Both the position numbers and the translations under genes were made by a program. Below the pieces are notes generated by a model. That model worked only from the letters and a program-made list of their open reading frames with translations. It did not search any database and was not told the origin of the DNA. Positions 1 to 6,629 of a stretch of 38,539 nt of DNA are shown here, piece after piece. Every line of letters begins with the position of its first letter. Position 1 is the stretch's first letter. Origin of the DNA: a virus (taxonomy: Duplodnaviria; Caudoviricetes); IMG/VR virus record IMGVR_UViG_3300048896_000102, positions 1 through 38,539 of that record. The stretch is one strand, 5' to 3'.

Positions 1-127
1 TAACAGAGTAGTTAACTACTAATGACTATTATGTGTACTACGTATTCAAATCTTTAATACTATGTTTCAATAAGCAAAACAAATCTGAAATTAAAGAAAA
101 GTTTACACACAAAGGGGGGCTTACCCC
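1..127. repeat. Terminal direct repeat, left copy (circular assembly overlap)
   Basis: taacagagtagttaac...ggggggcttacccc is identical to 38413-38539; 127 nt equals a common assembler k-mer size. Confidence 0.95.
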
Positions 128-369
128 CATAGGCGCCGATCGATATCATTACAGGACCCCAATAAAATTTTTTCGCATTCAAGGATTTATTTTTTTTCAT
201 TCAGGGACTTTCCTTAAACCAAAAGATTAGCAATTGAGCCTAGCGATCTCACGCCGGACCTAGCGTGGCTTCGAACACAATAACCCAAAGGAACTTTATC
301 GAGCTTCAACTTTCCTGTTCCTTTTTGACATCTCTATGTGGCAAGATATACATCAATCTAGGAGTATCC

Positions 370-645
370 GTGCTTGAACACGTCATGATTTCGTATAGCT
401 CTGGAGACGGGCATACCGAGTCGACCTATCTCAAGGTTCCGATCAGATGGGAGGAGGCCTCTCGCAATTGGATAGGCCGAATCATAACTCCGGACAGTCA
501 GACTGTCTTTGAAGTTGAGGCGCCAAACCGAGAAGGCATAATCAGTAAGTTCTGCCAGCTGCTTGGCGTTGTGTTGTCTATAGACGATGAGTTAACCGAG
601 GAAGTTCACGGTATGTTTATGCCGCTCTTCTACTTTGAGGAATAG
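370..645 (+). CDS. Hypothetical protein
   Basis: ORF 265-645; likely GTG start at 370 after an AGGAG RBS (360-364), with TTGACA at 325-330 upstream. Confidence 0.6.
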   Translation: MLEHVMISYSSGDGHTESTYLKVPIRWEEASRNWIGRIITPDSQTVFEVEAPNREGIISKFCQLLGVVLSIDDELTEEVHGMFMPLFYFEE

Positions 646-649
646 GAAC

Positions 650-811
650 ATGAAAGACGAGTTAGTGTACCCTCCGTGTAAAAAATGCGGGAAGTCTCAC
701 GGAATGGGAGTTGAAGACATGAAAACAGGGGTGATTACGCCAATTGATGTTTGTAGTAAATGTTTATTTAAATGGACCTATAAAATGTCCACAGAACAAA
801 TAGAGGTTTAA
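650..811 (+). CDS. Small putative zinc-binding protein (53 aa, not in ORF track)
   Basis: MKDELVYPPCKKCGKSHGMG...VCSKCLFKW...; two CxxC pairs; AGGA RBS. Confidence 0.6.
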   Translation: MKDELVYPPCKKCGKSHGMGVEDMKTGVITPIDVCSKCLFKWTYKMSTEQIEV

Positions 812-879
812 CTTATCTCTGATCCAGCTATAAGTGGGTATAACTTAGAATAACTTTGACCAGAACTTGAGGTAGACCC

Positions 880-1128
880 ATGGACCAAGAATACCCGTAT
901 CACATGCTTACGCGGCCACCTAAGCTTGAGTTTAGCGGCCAATTCATCAAGACCAGGGAAGGAAGCTGGCACAACCTAAACTACATTGTGACTTTTTTTG
1001 TTAATAACAACGAAGTCAGGTTTCATAGACAAGATCAGACTTCATGGATTCTCGGTGTTTACGAATCTCACGACGAGGCTCAACTTGCGCTAAACGGATT
1101 CATGGTTGCTTTGGGTTACGGTCAATGA
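880..1128 (+). CDS. Hypothetical protein
   Basis: GAGGT RBS; stop overlaps the next start (ATGA). Confidence 0.65.
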   Translation: MDQEYPYHMLTRPPKLEFSGQFIKTREGSWHNLNYIVTFFVNNNEVRFHRQDQTSWILGVYESHDEAQLALNGFMVALGYGQ

Positions 1129-1685
1129 TCATATTTGATTTAGATGGAACCTTAGCAGACTGCGAACATAGACGTCATCTTGTAGATCCAAGCAAAAATC
1201 CTGAGTATTCACTTAGATGCAATCCTAAACCAAAAGGAAACTTTCAAGAGGATGAAGGTTGGTATCATATTACTTCGAATAAAAAATTTAAACCAGACTG
1301 GGATGCATTTCACGAGGCTTGCAATAAAGATGAGCCTATACGAGCAACATGTGAGATGTTTTTGTCTTTGGCTTACGAGCCATACAACAGAGAAATTGAG
1401 ATCTGGTCAGCACGAAGCGAATCAACTCGGGCTGTAACAATATCTTGGCTTGAACAACACATTCCTGAGTTTGAAAAAAGTTCATACATAAATAGAATCT
1501 TAAAGATGCGTCCCCTCGGGGAATACACTCCGGATGAGCAACTTAAAGAGAGATGGCTCGACGAAGTCTTAGCTCAAGGTAAAACTATTGACTTCGTTTT
1601 TGATGATAGAGTAAAAGTTGTTCGTATGTGGCGTCGCCGAGGTATCTTTGTTTTTGATGTAAACCAAACAGGAAAAGAGTTTTAA
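1125..1685 (+). CDS. HAD-family phosphatase resembling the 3'-phosphatase domain of T4 PNKP (PseT)
   Basis: IIFDLDGTLAD (DxDGT), WSAR, MRP..D...K, VFDDRVKVVRMWRRRGI; start at ATG 1125 coupled to upstream stop; no kinase P-loop. Confidence 0.88.
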   Translation: MIIFDLDGTLADCEHRRHLVDPSKNPEYSLRCNPKPKGNFQEDEGWYHITSNKKFKPDWDAFHEACNKDEPIRATCEMFLSLAYEPYNREIEIWSARSESTRAVTISWLEQHIPEFEKSSYINRILKMRPLGEYTPDEQLKERWLDEVLAQGKTIDFVFDDRVKVVRMWRRRGIFVFDVNQTGKEF

Positions 1686-1894
1686 GTATCTTCTCTGTTT
1701 GGGTGTAAGTTCTGATAAGCCAAGACAATAGCCTGAATACACTTACTCGGCAGCTTCGCGATGTAATAGATTTGGTCCTGCTCAGACTGGCATCTGTCTA
1801 AAAGCATTTCTTCTGCTTCTTGTATCAGTTCGAATAAACTTTCTTGGGTCATTTTAAACCTATGCTTTGTTGAGTTTCTCTTGGATAGCTTCAA
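1682..1894 (-). CDS. Hypothetical protein, third gene of the par operon
   Basis: ORF directly downstream of the RHH gene; true start may be the internal MTQES. Confidence 0.5.
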   Translation of the reverse strand: MKLSKRNSTKHRFKMTQESLFELIQEAEEMLLDRCQSEQDQIYYIAKLPSKCIQAIVLAYQNLHPNREDT

Positions 1895-2072
1895 GTATCC
1901 AAGCCGTCTTTGTTAAACCTACTCTCTTTTCAAGGCGAATATCTATCTCTTCCGAAATGTCATTTCTTAACCTAAGAGTAAAGTTACTCCAAGCTTGCGG
2001 TTGTTTTTTGTCTGCAAAAACGTTTGCACCTTTTCCGATAATTTCCTTCTCAACTCTTCTTGATAAAGCCAC
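1860..2072 (-). CDS. Ribbon-helix-helix protein, probable type Ib partition adaptor (ParG-like)
   Basis: FTLRL beta-ribbon followed by two helices (...GLTKTAWILEAIQEKL); directly downstream of parA; GGAG RBS. Confidence 0.75.
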   Translation of the reverse strand: MALSRRVEKEIIGKGANVFADKKQPQAWSNFTLRLRNDISEEIDIRLEKRVGLTKTAWILEAIQEKLNKA

Positions 2073-2149
2073 GTGTGTTCTCCGTATAAAGTATGTATTT
2101 TGTAATGAGCCTATCTGTATGAATTACGTATGATCTCTGTGTGTTTCAT
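2073..2149. repeat. 11-bp phased GTRT repeats, candidate centromere or operator
   Basis: GT(A/G)T starts at 2073, 2084, 2095, 2117, 2128 and 2139. Confidence 0.5.
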
Positions 2150-2777
2150 AGATGATGTTGTAAAGCACAGACATTTCCTCTGAGGCTTTCGGGTCTTGTT
2201 TCTTAAGCTCAACAATACCAAGTCCGTTAGTCGCAGCGTTAGCAAAAGACTTTCTTTGACCTAGAGTTGGCTCAATGCAAATGAACCCTGTAAACTCCCG
2301 AATCATCTCTAAAGCTTCGAGATTGTCTGGGCCTCTAGCCTCGGCTTGGTTCAAGACAACGTAAGATATAAGATTTTTATTCAAAGTTTTAATTTCGTTG
2401 ATCATAGTTTTGACAGCTCCGAGTGTCCACATGTCAAAGCTTTTTGGTCTAAAAGGAATAATACATATGTCAGCAACCAGAAGAGCAGAGCGTTGACTTG
2501 TAGTGTCTCTTCCGCCTACGTCAATTATGATGTCGTCAAAGCTTGGTCTAATCTTTTGAATCTGCGAGCTAAGGGATATGCCTGCGAGTTGAATTGTAAC
2601 CCAAGGGGTATATATCTCGAGTGCTTCGCGTTGAGCCACCCAGTCTGAAGCTGTCCGTTGTTCGTCTGCATCTACGAGTAAAACTTTCTTGCCCGACTGC
2701 GATCTCATGACACAAAGGTTCGTTGCAATTGTTGTTTTGCCTCCGCCGCCTTTGATTCCGCCTACAACTGTGATCAT
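2124..2777 (-). CDS. parA: ParA-family partition ATPase (short type Ib)
   Basis: Deviant Walker A GGIKGGGGKTT, VLLVDADEQ, IIIDVGG; start MITVV at 2777 with GGAG RBS. Confidence 0.93.
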   Translation of the reverse strand: MITVVGGIKGGGGKTTIATNLCVMRSQSGKKVLLVDADEQRTASDWVAQREALEIYTPWVTIQLAGISLSSQIQKIRPSFDDIIIDVGGRDTTSQRSALLVADICIIPFRPKSFDMWTLGAVKTMINEIKTLNKNLISYVVLNQAEARGPDNLEALEMIREFTGFICIEPTLGQRKSFANAATNGLGIVELKKQDPKASEEMSVLYNIIYETHRDHT

Positions 2778-2778
2778 G

Positions 2779-2862
2779 TGTAATCTCCGTGTAAAATACT
2801 GTAATCTCTGTGTTTTATCCTGTAAATTCATTATAATACCTTGAATAACCCGTGTTTTACAA
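2779..2862. repeat. Four degenerate 21-bp tandem repeats upstream of parA, candidate centromere or operator
   Basis: tgtaatctccgtgtaaaatac / tgtaatctctgtgttttatcc / tgtaaattcattataatacct / tgaataacccgtgttttacaa. Confidence 0.6.
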
Positions 2863-2879
2863 GGAATTTTTTCTTAAAC

Positions 2880-2908
2880 TTGAGAAAAAAAAGGAAATAT
2901 GTCATAAT
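2880..2908 (+). promoter_or_regulatory. Sigma70-type promoter of the antitoxin-toxin operon
   Basis: TTGAGA-17 nt-CATAAT. Confidence 0.55.
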
Positions 2909-2935
2909 AGAGCTAAAGACACAAGGAGCTTTTTT

Positions 2936-3217
2936 ATGAAAACACTCTCAACTAGAGAAGTTAAAGATCAAATGTCGGATGTTCTCAACCAAGTTATCTA
3001 TAGCCACGAGAAGTTTAAGATAGCTCGACACAGTAAAGAGGTTGCGATTATAATTTCCATAGACGAGTGGAATGAGATCGCTACGATTTTACAACGACTC
3101 GAAGACGAAGCAGATATTCGAGAGGCTGAACTTGCTTACGAAGATTATAAAAAAAATGGAGGGGTTTCTTTTTCAGAATTATGTAAAGATTTAGGTATAA
3201 AGGAAGAAGATGTCTGA
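2936..3217 (+). CDS. Phd/YefM-family antitoxin
   Basis: MKTLSTREVKDQMSDVLNQV...KIARHSKEVAIIISIDEW, acidic C-terminus; AGGAG RBS before ATG 2936. Confidence 0.88.
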   Translation: MKTLSTREVKDQMSDVLNQVIYSHEKFKIARHSKEVAIIISIDEWNEIATILQRLEDEADIREAELAYEDYKKNGGVSFSELCKDLGIKEEDV

Positions 3218-3341
3218 ATTTGCACTAGATTTTACCAAGAAAGCCCAAGATCAAATAAAAAATCTTCCTAAAGCGATGTCTATTTTAGTTTTAAAACGCA
3301 TAAACTTACGACGGTTGAACAGCTTAGCGGCAGGCTTTTGA
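3210..3341 (+). pseudogene. Truncated RelE/ParE-like toxin (43 aa)
   Basis: MSEFALDFTKKAQDQIKNLPKAMSILVLKRI matches the RelE N-terminal strand-helix-helix; overlaps the antitoxin stop; ends before the catalytic half. Confidence 0.65.
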
Positions 3342-3363
3342 ATGAAACAGCAAAGGAGAACAC

Positions 3364-3615
3364 ATGATACCATACGACGGCTCAGGCTACGGACACTCGC
3401 TATACTGGCGCATGCAGATGAAGGAAATTGCTCTTGAAAAAGGCGAGATATGCAAGTGTTGGGACAAAACAGAACCTAAGATTAACTTCATAGGCGATAA
3501 AGACGAGTTTCAAATGACAATTGAATGCAAAGACAAGACAGAACAGTGCGTTCCGAGTTTTGAAGCGACGCAACTCGAGCTAACAGACAAGTTTAAGGTG
3601 TTTTATAAGGTTTAA
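3364..3615 (+). CDS. Hypothetical protein
   Basis: AAGGAG RBS, 83 aa ORF. Confidence 0.65.
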   Translation: MIPYDGSGYGHSLYWRMQMKEIALEKGEICKCWDKTEPKINFIGDKDEFQMTIECKDKTEQCVPSFEATQLELTDKFKVFYKV

Positions 3616-3795
3616 GACTCGACACTTAAGCGCGCTTTAATGAAAACAGACTATATAAGAGCTTTTAAGACATGTATACTCGGGTTTTAGCTACATGTAG
3701 TCTACGTGTTATATCTCGAGTTGGCGGCTGCGTCGGTGCTCGCCGTCGAACTATACTTAGAGTTTAATAAATACCCAAAGAAAATAAAAAAAGGC

Positions 3796-3834
3796 AAAAA
3801 AAAAGAAAACCTTAGTCTAATCTCAGACTTGGTT
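3796..3834 (-). terminator. Rho-independent terminator
   Basis: Plus-strand aaccttagtct-aatctc-agacttggtt hairpin preceded by an A9 tract (U-tract on the minus strand). Confidence 0.55.
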
Positions 3835-3880
3835 GTTTTAGAGTTGTTCGATTCACTCGCATCCGCTCGTTCACTCACGA
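3796..3880 (-). ncRNA. Candidate small RNA (~85 nt)
   Basis: Lies between a consensus promoter (3887-3916) and a hairpin plus U-tract terminator (3796-3834). Confidence 0.5.
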
Positions 3881-3886
3881 AGTTCG

Positions 3887-3916
3887 ATTATAGAACGATA
3901 TTCGAAAGTCTGTCAA
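3887..3916 (-). promoter_or_regulatory. Consensus sigma70-type promoter
   Basis: TTGACA (3916-3911)-18 nt-TATAAT (3892-3887) on the minus strand. Confidence 0.75.
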
Positions 3917-4047
3917 GAGAAATCTTCAATTTTATTGAAAATAAATTTATAGCACTTAAACCGTCCATCTGCTAAAAGTGATATAAGTGGCTAAATGTGA
4001 GAGTTTTAGTAACTTTTGAGCTGTTTTATGGATTTTTTTTAAGCTAA

Positions 4048-4083
4048 CCTAGTACAACGGCGCCTCCAATGCGTTGTACTAGG
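4048..4083. other. Perfect 12-bp inverted repeat upstream of the RNA ligase
   Basis: CCTAGTACAACG-N12-CGTTGTACTAGG. Confidence 0.7.
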
Positions 4084-4096
4084 GGACTCTTTAAAC

Positions 4097-4705
4097 TTGA
4101 ATTTGGATCTGATGAAGAAAATACCGTCTCTTTTTCTTTCAACACACGATCATGTGTTAACACGAGAAGTAAATCCGTTATGTCAATGGGTTTTAGACGG
4201 AGAGGGTAAGCCCACCGCTAAGTTAGATGGCTCTGCGTGTGCCGTTATATTAGGCAAGCTTTACAAGCGCTATGACAACTCTAGGCTTAAGTCTAAAGAC
4301 GAGCGCGTGCAAAAGACAACTCCTCAACCAGACTGGATACATTGCGGATGTACAACCGAACGAGGTAAGCACATTTACTGGATTCCGGTAGGAAGCAAAG
4401 ACTACTACCATCAAATTGCATGGGGTTGGGCAAGGGGTTACCTTGAAGATGGCACCTATGAGCTTGTTGGGCCCGAAGTTCAGGGAAACCCTCATGACTT
4501 GACTCATAATGAATTAATAAATCATAATTCTTTATCATTCATTTTGTTACCACGTAGATATATTAGTTGTTTTGATTCTATTAAAAGATACTTAGAAAGA
4601 TCTCCTTACGAAGGTATAGTTTGGCATCACCCAGACGGTCGGATGGCTAAGATTACTAAAGCTAAGTTCGGGTTACCTTGGCCAAGCGATTCAAATACAA
4701 AATAG
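4097..4705 (+). CDS. ATP-dependent RNA ligase-like nucleotidyltransferase (DUF5565 / RLIG1-like)
   Basis: Motif I KLDGS, YELVGPEVQGNP, motif IV EGIVW, motif V MAKITK; MKKIPSLF N-terminus typical of the family (alternative start 4112). Confidence 0.82.
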   Translation: MNLDLMKKIPSLFLSTHDHVLTREVNPLCQWVLDGEGKPTAKLDGSACAVILGKLYKRYDNSRLKSKDERVQKTTPQPDWIHCGCTTERGKHIYWIPVGSKDYYHQIAWGWARGYLEDGTYELVGPEVQGNPHDLTHNELINHNSLSFILLPRRYISCFDSIKRYLERSPYEGIVWHHPDGRMAKITKAKFGLPWPSDSNTK

Positions 4706-5013
4706 GCACAATCTACGGAACTCCTGAACAATGGGAGTACCTCAGAGATTTTCTAAAGAGACATAAACAGAAAGAAATCTTAGCTCGGATGTGCAGAAGG
4801 CCTAGGCCGAGATACATCGAGCCGATAGGCAGGTTCAACTTTCACCATTCTGTCTGGCTATACGCAAACTGTCCTTTCACTTTTATCCAACGTAGAATTG
4901 AAGAACAGTATGGAGAAAAAGGCGCATATTACTTGCCGCCAGTTCAAAAGAAAAGAAAACGACGAAGACGAAAGAATTCCGGACAGGTAACTCAGTTGGT
5001 AGAGGGGCGATGA
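4678..5013 (+). CDS. Hypothetical basic protein
   Basis: TTG start overlapping the ligase end; KKRKRRRRK tail; 3' end runs into the tRNA-like gene. Confidence 0.55.
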   Translation: MAKRFKYKIGTIYGTPEQWEYLRDFLKRHKQKEILARMCRRPRPRYIEPIGRFNFHHSVWLYANCPFTFIQRRIEEQYGEKGAYYLPPVQKKRKRRRRKNSGQVTQLVEGR

Positions 5014-5088
5014 GCGCTTACAGGATCTTGACAGAACTGTAGTAAGTGTTTTCATGCAGTGTCGCAGGTTCGAGTCCTGCCCTGTCCA
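4981..5088 (+). ncRNA. tRNA-like RNA with the anticodon arm replaced by a long hairpin
   Basis: Acceptor GGACAGG/CCTGTCC+A, D-arm ACTC-AGTTGGTA-GAGG, T-arm GCAGG-TTCGAGT-CCTGC; 51 nt structured arm (5007-5057) instead of 17 nt. Confidence 0.8.
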
Positions 5089-5115
5089 TAACACACACAA
5101 CGAAAAAGGAAGTAA

Positions 5116-5673
5116 ATGAAAAAATACATTTTTGCTCTATTGACTATGACAGCTCCATTCTTCAGCGCAGTTCATGCAGAAGAATCGCTATACGTAGGCG
5201 GCTTTGGCGGAGTTAACTTTGCTAGCGTTAAAGAACCAGGCGGCGTAAAAATCGCAGGAATAAAAACAGGTGGAGCAGGCGGAGTTTGCATCGGATACAA
5301 GATGGATGAAATTCGCGTAGAAGGTGAATTCGCGTACAGAACAAATCCTTTTAAGTCCACCTCAATCTTAAAAAGCGATGGATCTAGAACTACACACACA
5401 GTTATGGCTAATGTCTATTATGACTTTAACTTAGGTACAGAATACACACCTTATGTAGGAGCTGGCGCGGGTTATGCACATAACAGACAAGTAAATGATA
5501 TGAAAAGTGGTGGAACATTTTTTTATACCAACAAGTTTGCTTATCAAGTCATGGGTGGAGTTCACTACAAATACTCAGATAAAGTTCTTCTCGGAGTTGA
5601 GTATAAGTTCCTTTCTCCGGAAAAAGATCACCAGAATCACACTACTGCAGTTTCAGTAAAAAGATATTTTTAG
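5116..5673 (+). CDS. Outer-membrane beta-barrel protein (OmpA/Ail-Lom/Msp2-like 8-stranded barrel)
   Basis: Signal peptide ending AVHA, RVEGEFAYR, MANVYYDF, PYVGAGAGYA, FAYQ..GG, C-terminal Phe. Confidence 0.88.
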   Translation: MKKYIFALLTMTAPFFSAVHAEESLYVGGFGGVNFASVKEPGGVKIAGIKTGGAGGVCIGYKMDEIRVEGEFAYRTNPFKSTSILKSDGSRTTHTVMANVYYDFNLGTEYTPYVGAGAGYAHNRQVNDMKSGGTFFYTNKFAYQVMGGVHYKYSDKVLLGVEYKFLSPEKDHQNHTTAVSVKRYF

Positions 5674-5733
5674 TTCTGACCTACCATGTGTAGGCTCGGA
5701 TTGGGGCACGCTTAAAACGCGTTGCCCTCTTTA

Positions 5734-5804
5734 GCCCGATTAGTTCAACGGTAGAACAATTGTTTTGTACGCAATAGGTCTGGGTTCGATTCCTAGTTTG
5801 GGCA
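5734..5804 (+). tRNA. tRNA-Thr(TGT)
   Basis: Cloverleaf GCCCGAT/TTTGGGC, D-arm GTTC/GAAC, anticodon stem ATTGT/GCAAT with loop TT-TGT-AC, T-loop TTCGATT; no encoded CCA. Confidence 0.85.
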
Positions 5805-5820
5805 ATTAAAAAGGTAAGAA

Positions 5821-6021
5821 ATGGACAATGTTAACCATCCTCAGCATTACATTCGAAACGGACTCGAATGTATAAATGTCATAGAAGCTTTTGAGCTTAA
5901 TTTCTACAGGGCTAATGCCGTGAAGTACATTCTTCGTGCAGGCTTGAAGAATAACGAACTTGAAGATCTCAAGAAAGCTGTCTGGTACTTGAAGCGCGAG
6001 ATAGACAAGCTTAGCCCATAA
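5821..6021 (+). CDS. DUF3310-family phage protein
   Basis: DNVNHPQHY..ECINVI...NAVKYILRAG.K...EDLKKAVWYL. Confidence 0.9.
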   Translation: MDNVNHPQHYIRNGLECINVIEAFELNFYRANAVKYILRAGLKNNELEDLKKAVWYLKREIDKLSP

Positions 6022-6051
6022 AGTTTATCTCAGTGTTTTTCAAATAATTAC

Positions 6052-6081
6052 TTGTCAAAAAAACATTTTTACAGCATATTC
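6052..6081 (+). promoter_or_regulatory. Candidate promoter for the terL-containing operon
   Basis: TTGTCA-18 nt-CATATT. Confidence 0.4.
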
Positions 6082-6115
6082 ATCTCTTAAGTAACACCCA
6101 GATAGGTGTAGGAAA

Positions 6116-6262
6116 ATGGCAAAATCAATTCAAAAGACGAACGAAAAAGCTGAATTAGTTAAATGTTCAAAAGAAATATACGAATCTTTGTTAACAGACA
6201 TTAAAGAAAAGAATAAGAGGTTACATGATTCCCTGGATGAGATCCAACTCGGGACGCTATGA
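6116..6262 (+). CDS. Small hypothetical protein (48 aa, not in ORF track)
   Basis: MAKSIQKTNEKAELVKCSKEIYES...; AGGA RBS. Confidence 0.45.
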   Translation: MAKSIQKTNEKAELVKCSKEIYESLLTDIKEKNKRLHDSLDEIQLGTL

Positions 6263-6437
6263 GGACATTTTCACAAGTTATAATGAATCCGCTGCCACCA
6301 AGTGGATGGATGATGAATTCGAAAGCGCGTCTGAAGAACAACGTGAAAAGAAGCGTCGAGAAGTTGAACGAACGCGAGCGAGAGATAAGGCTAGAAAAGC
6401 CTATGACGACTACCGAAATTCAAGAGAAAACTCATGA
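6225..6437 (+). CDS. Hypothetical charged helical protein
   Basis: GAGGT RBS; stop overlaps the next start (ATGA). Confidence 0.5.
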   Translation: MIPWMRSNSGRYEDIFTSYNESAATKWMDDEFESASEEQREKKRREVERTRARDKARKAYDDYRNSRENS

Positions 6438-6628
6438 CTACACTTCTAAAGGCTGGACTCGCGTTGACGGTAGCATTACCCTCGGTTTTGTTTCTCGTTG
6501 CGGCGAATATTTTAATTGCTTTGATCTTGATTCCGGTCGTTTTTATAGTTTTGGGACTGATCTGGCTTATGAAATTTATTGTCATGTCAGGAGATGGGGA
6601 CGAAAATCATTATGAAGACTGGATGTAA
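6434..6628 (+). CDS. Small membrane protein
   Basis: Continuous hydrophobic stretch long enough for two TM helices, acidic tail. Confidence 0.6.
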   Translation: MTTLLKAGLALTVALPSVLFLVAANILIALILIPVVFIVLGLIWLMKFIVMSGDGDENHYEDWM

Positions 6629-6629
6629 A

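Noticed and set aside
1-127. Biological direct terminal repeat of the virion DNA
   Set aside because: The exact 127-nt length matches a k-mer overlap and the repeat cuts through the terS end; it shows circularity or terminal redundancy only
33-230. 65-aa ORF
   Set aside because: AT-rich, no RBS, overlaps palindromic and homopolymer elements; probably non-coding
3706-3975. 89-aa plus-strand ORF
   Set aside because: No RBS; the Lys run comes from terminator A-tracts; region better explained by the minus-strand promoter and terminator
4981-5088. Canonical intron-containing tRNA-Glu or tRNA-Met
   Set aside because: TTC and CAT occur at 5051-5055, but no single excision gives a 5-bp stem with a 7-nt loop, so no anticodon is assigned
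6259-6615. 118-aa ORF
   Set aside because: Overlaps 6225-6437 and 6434-6628, which have better RBS and coupling; it is ATGA-coupled to 6116-6262, so it cannot be fully excluded
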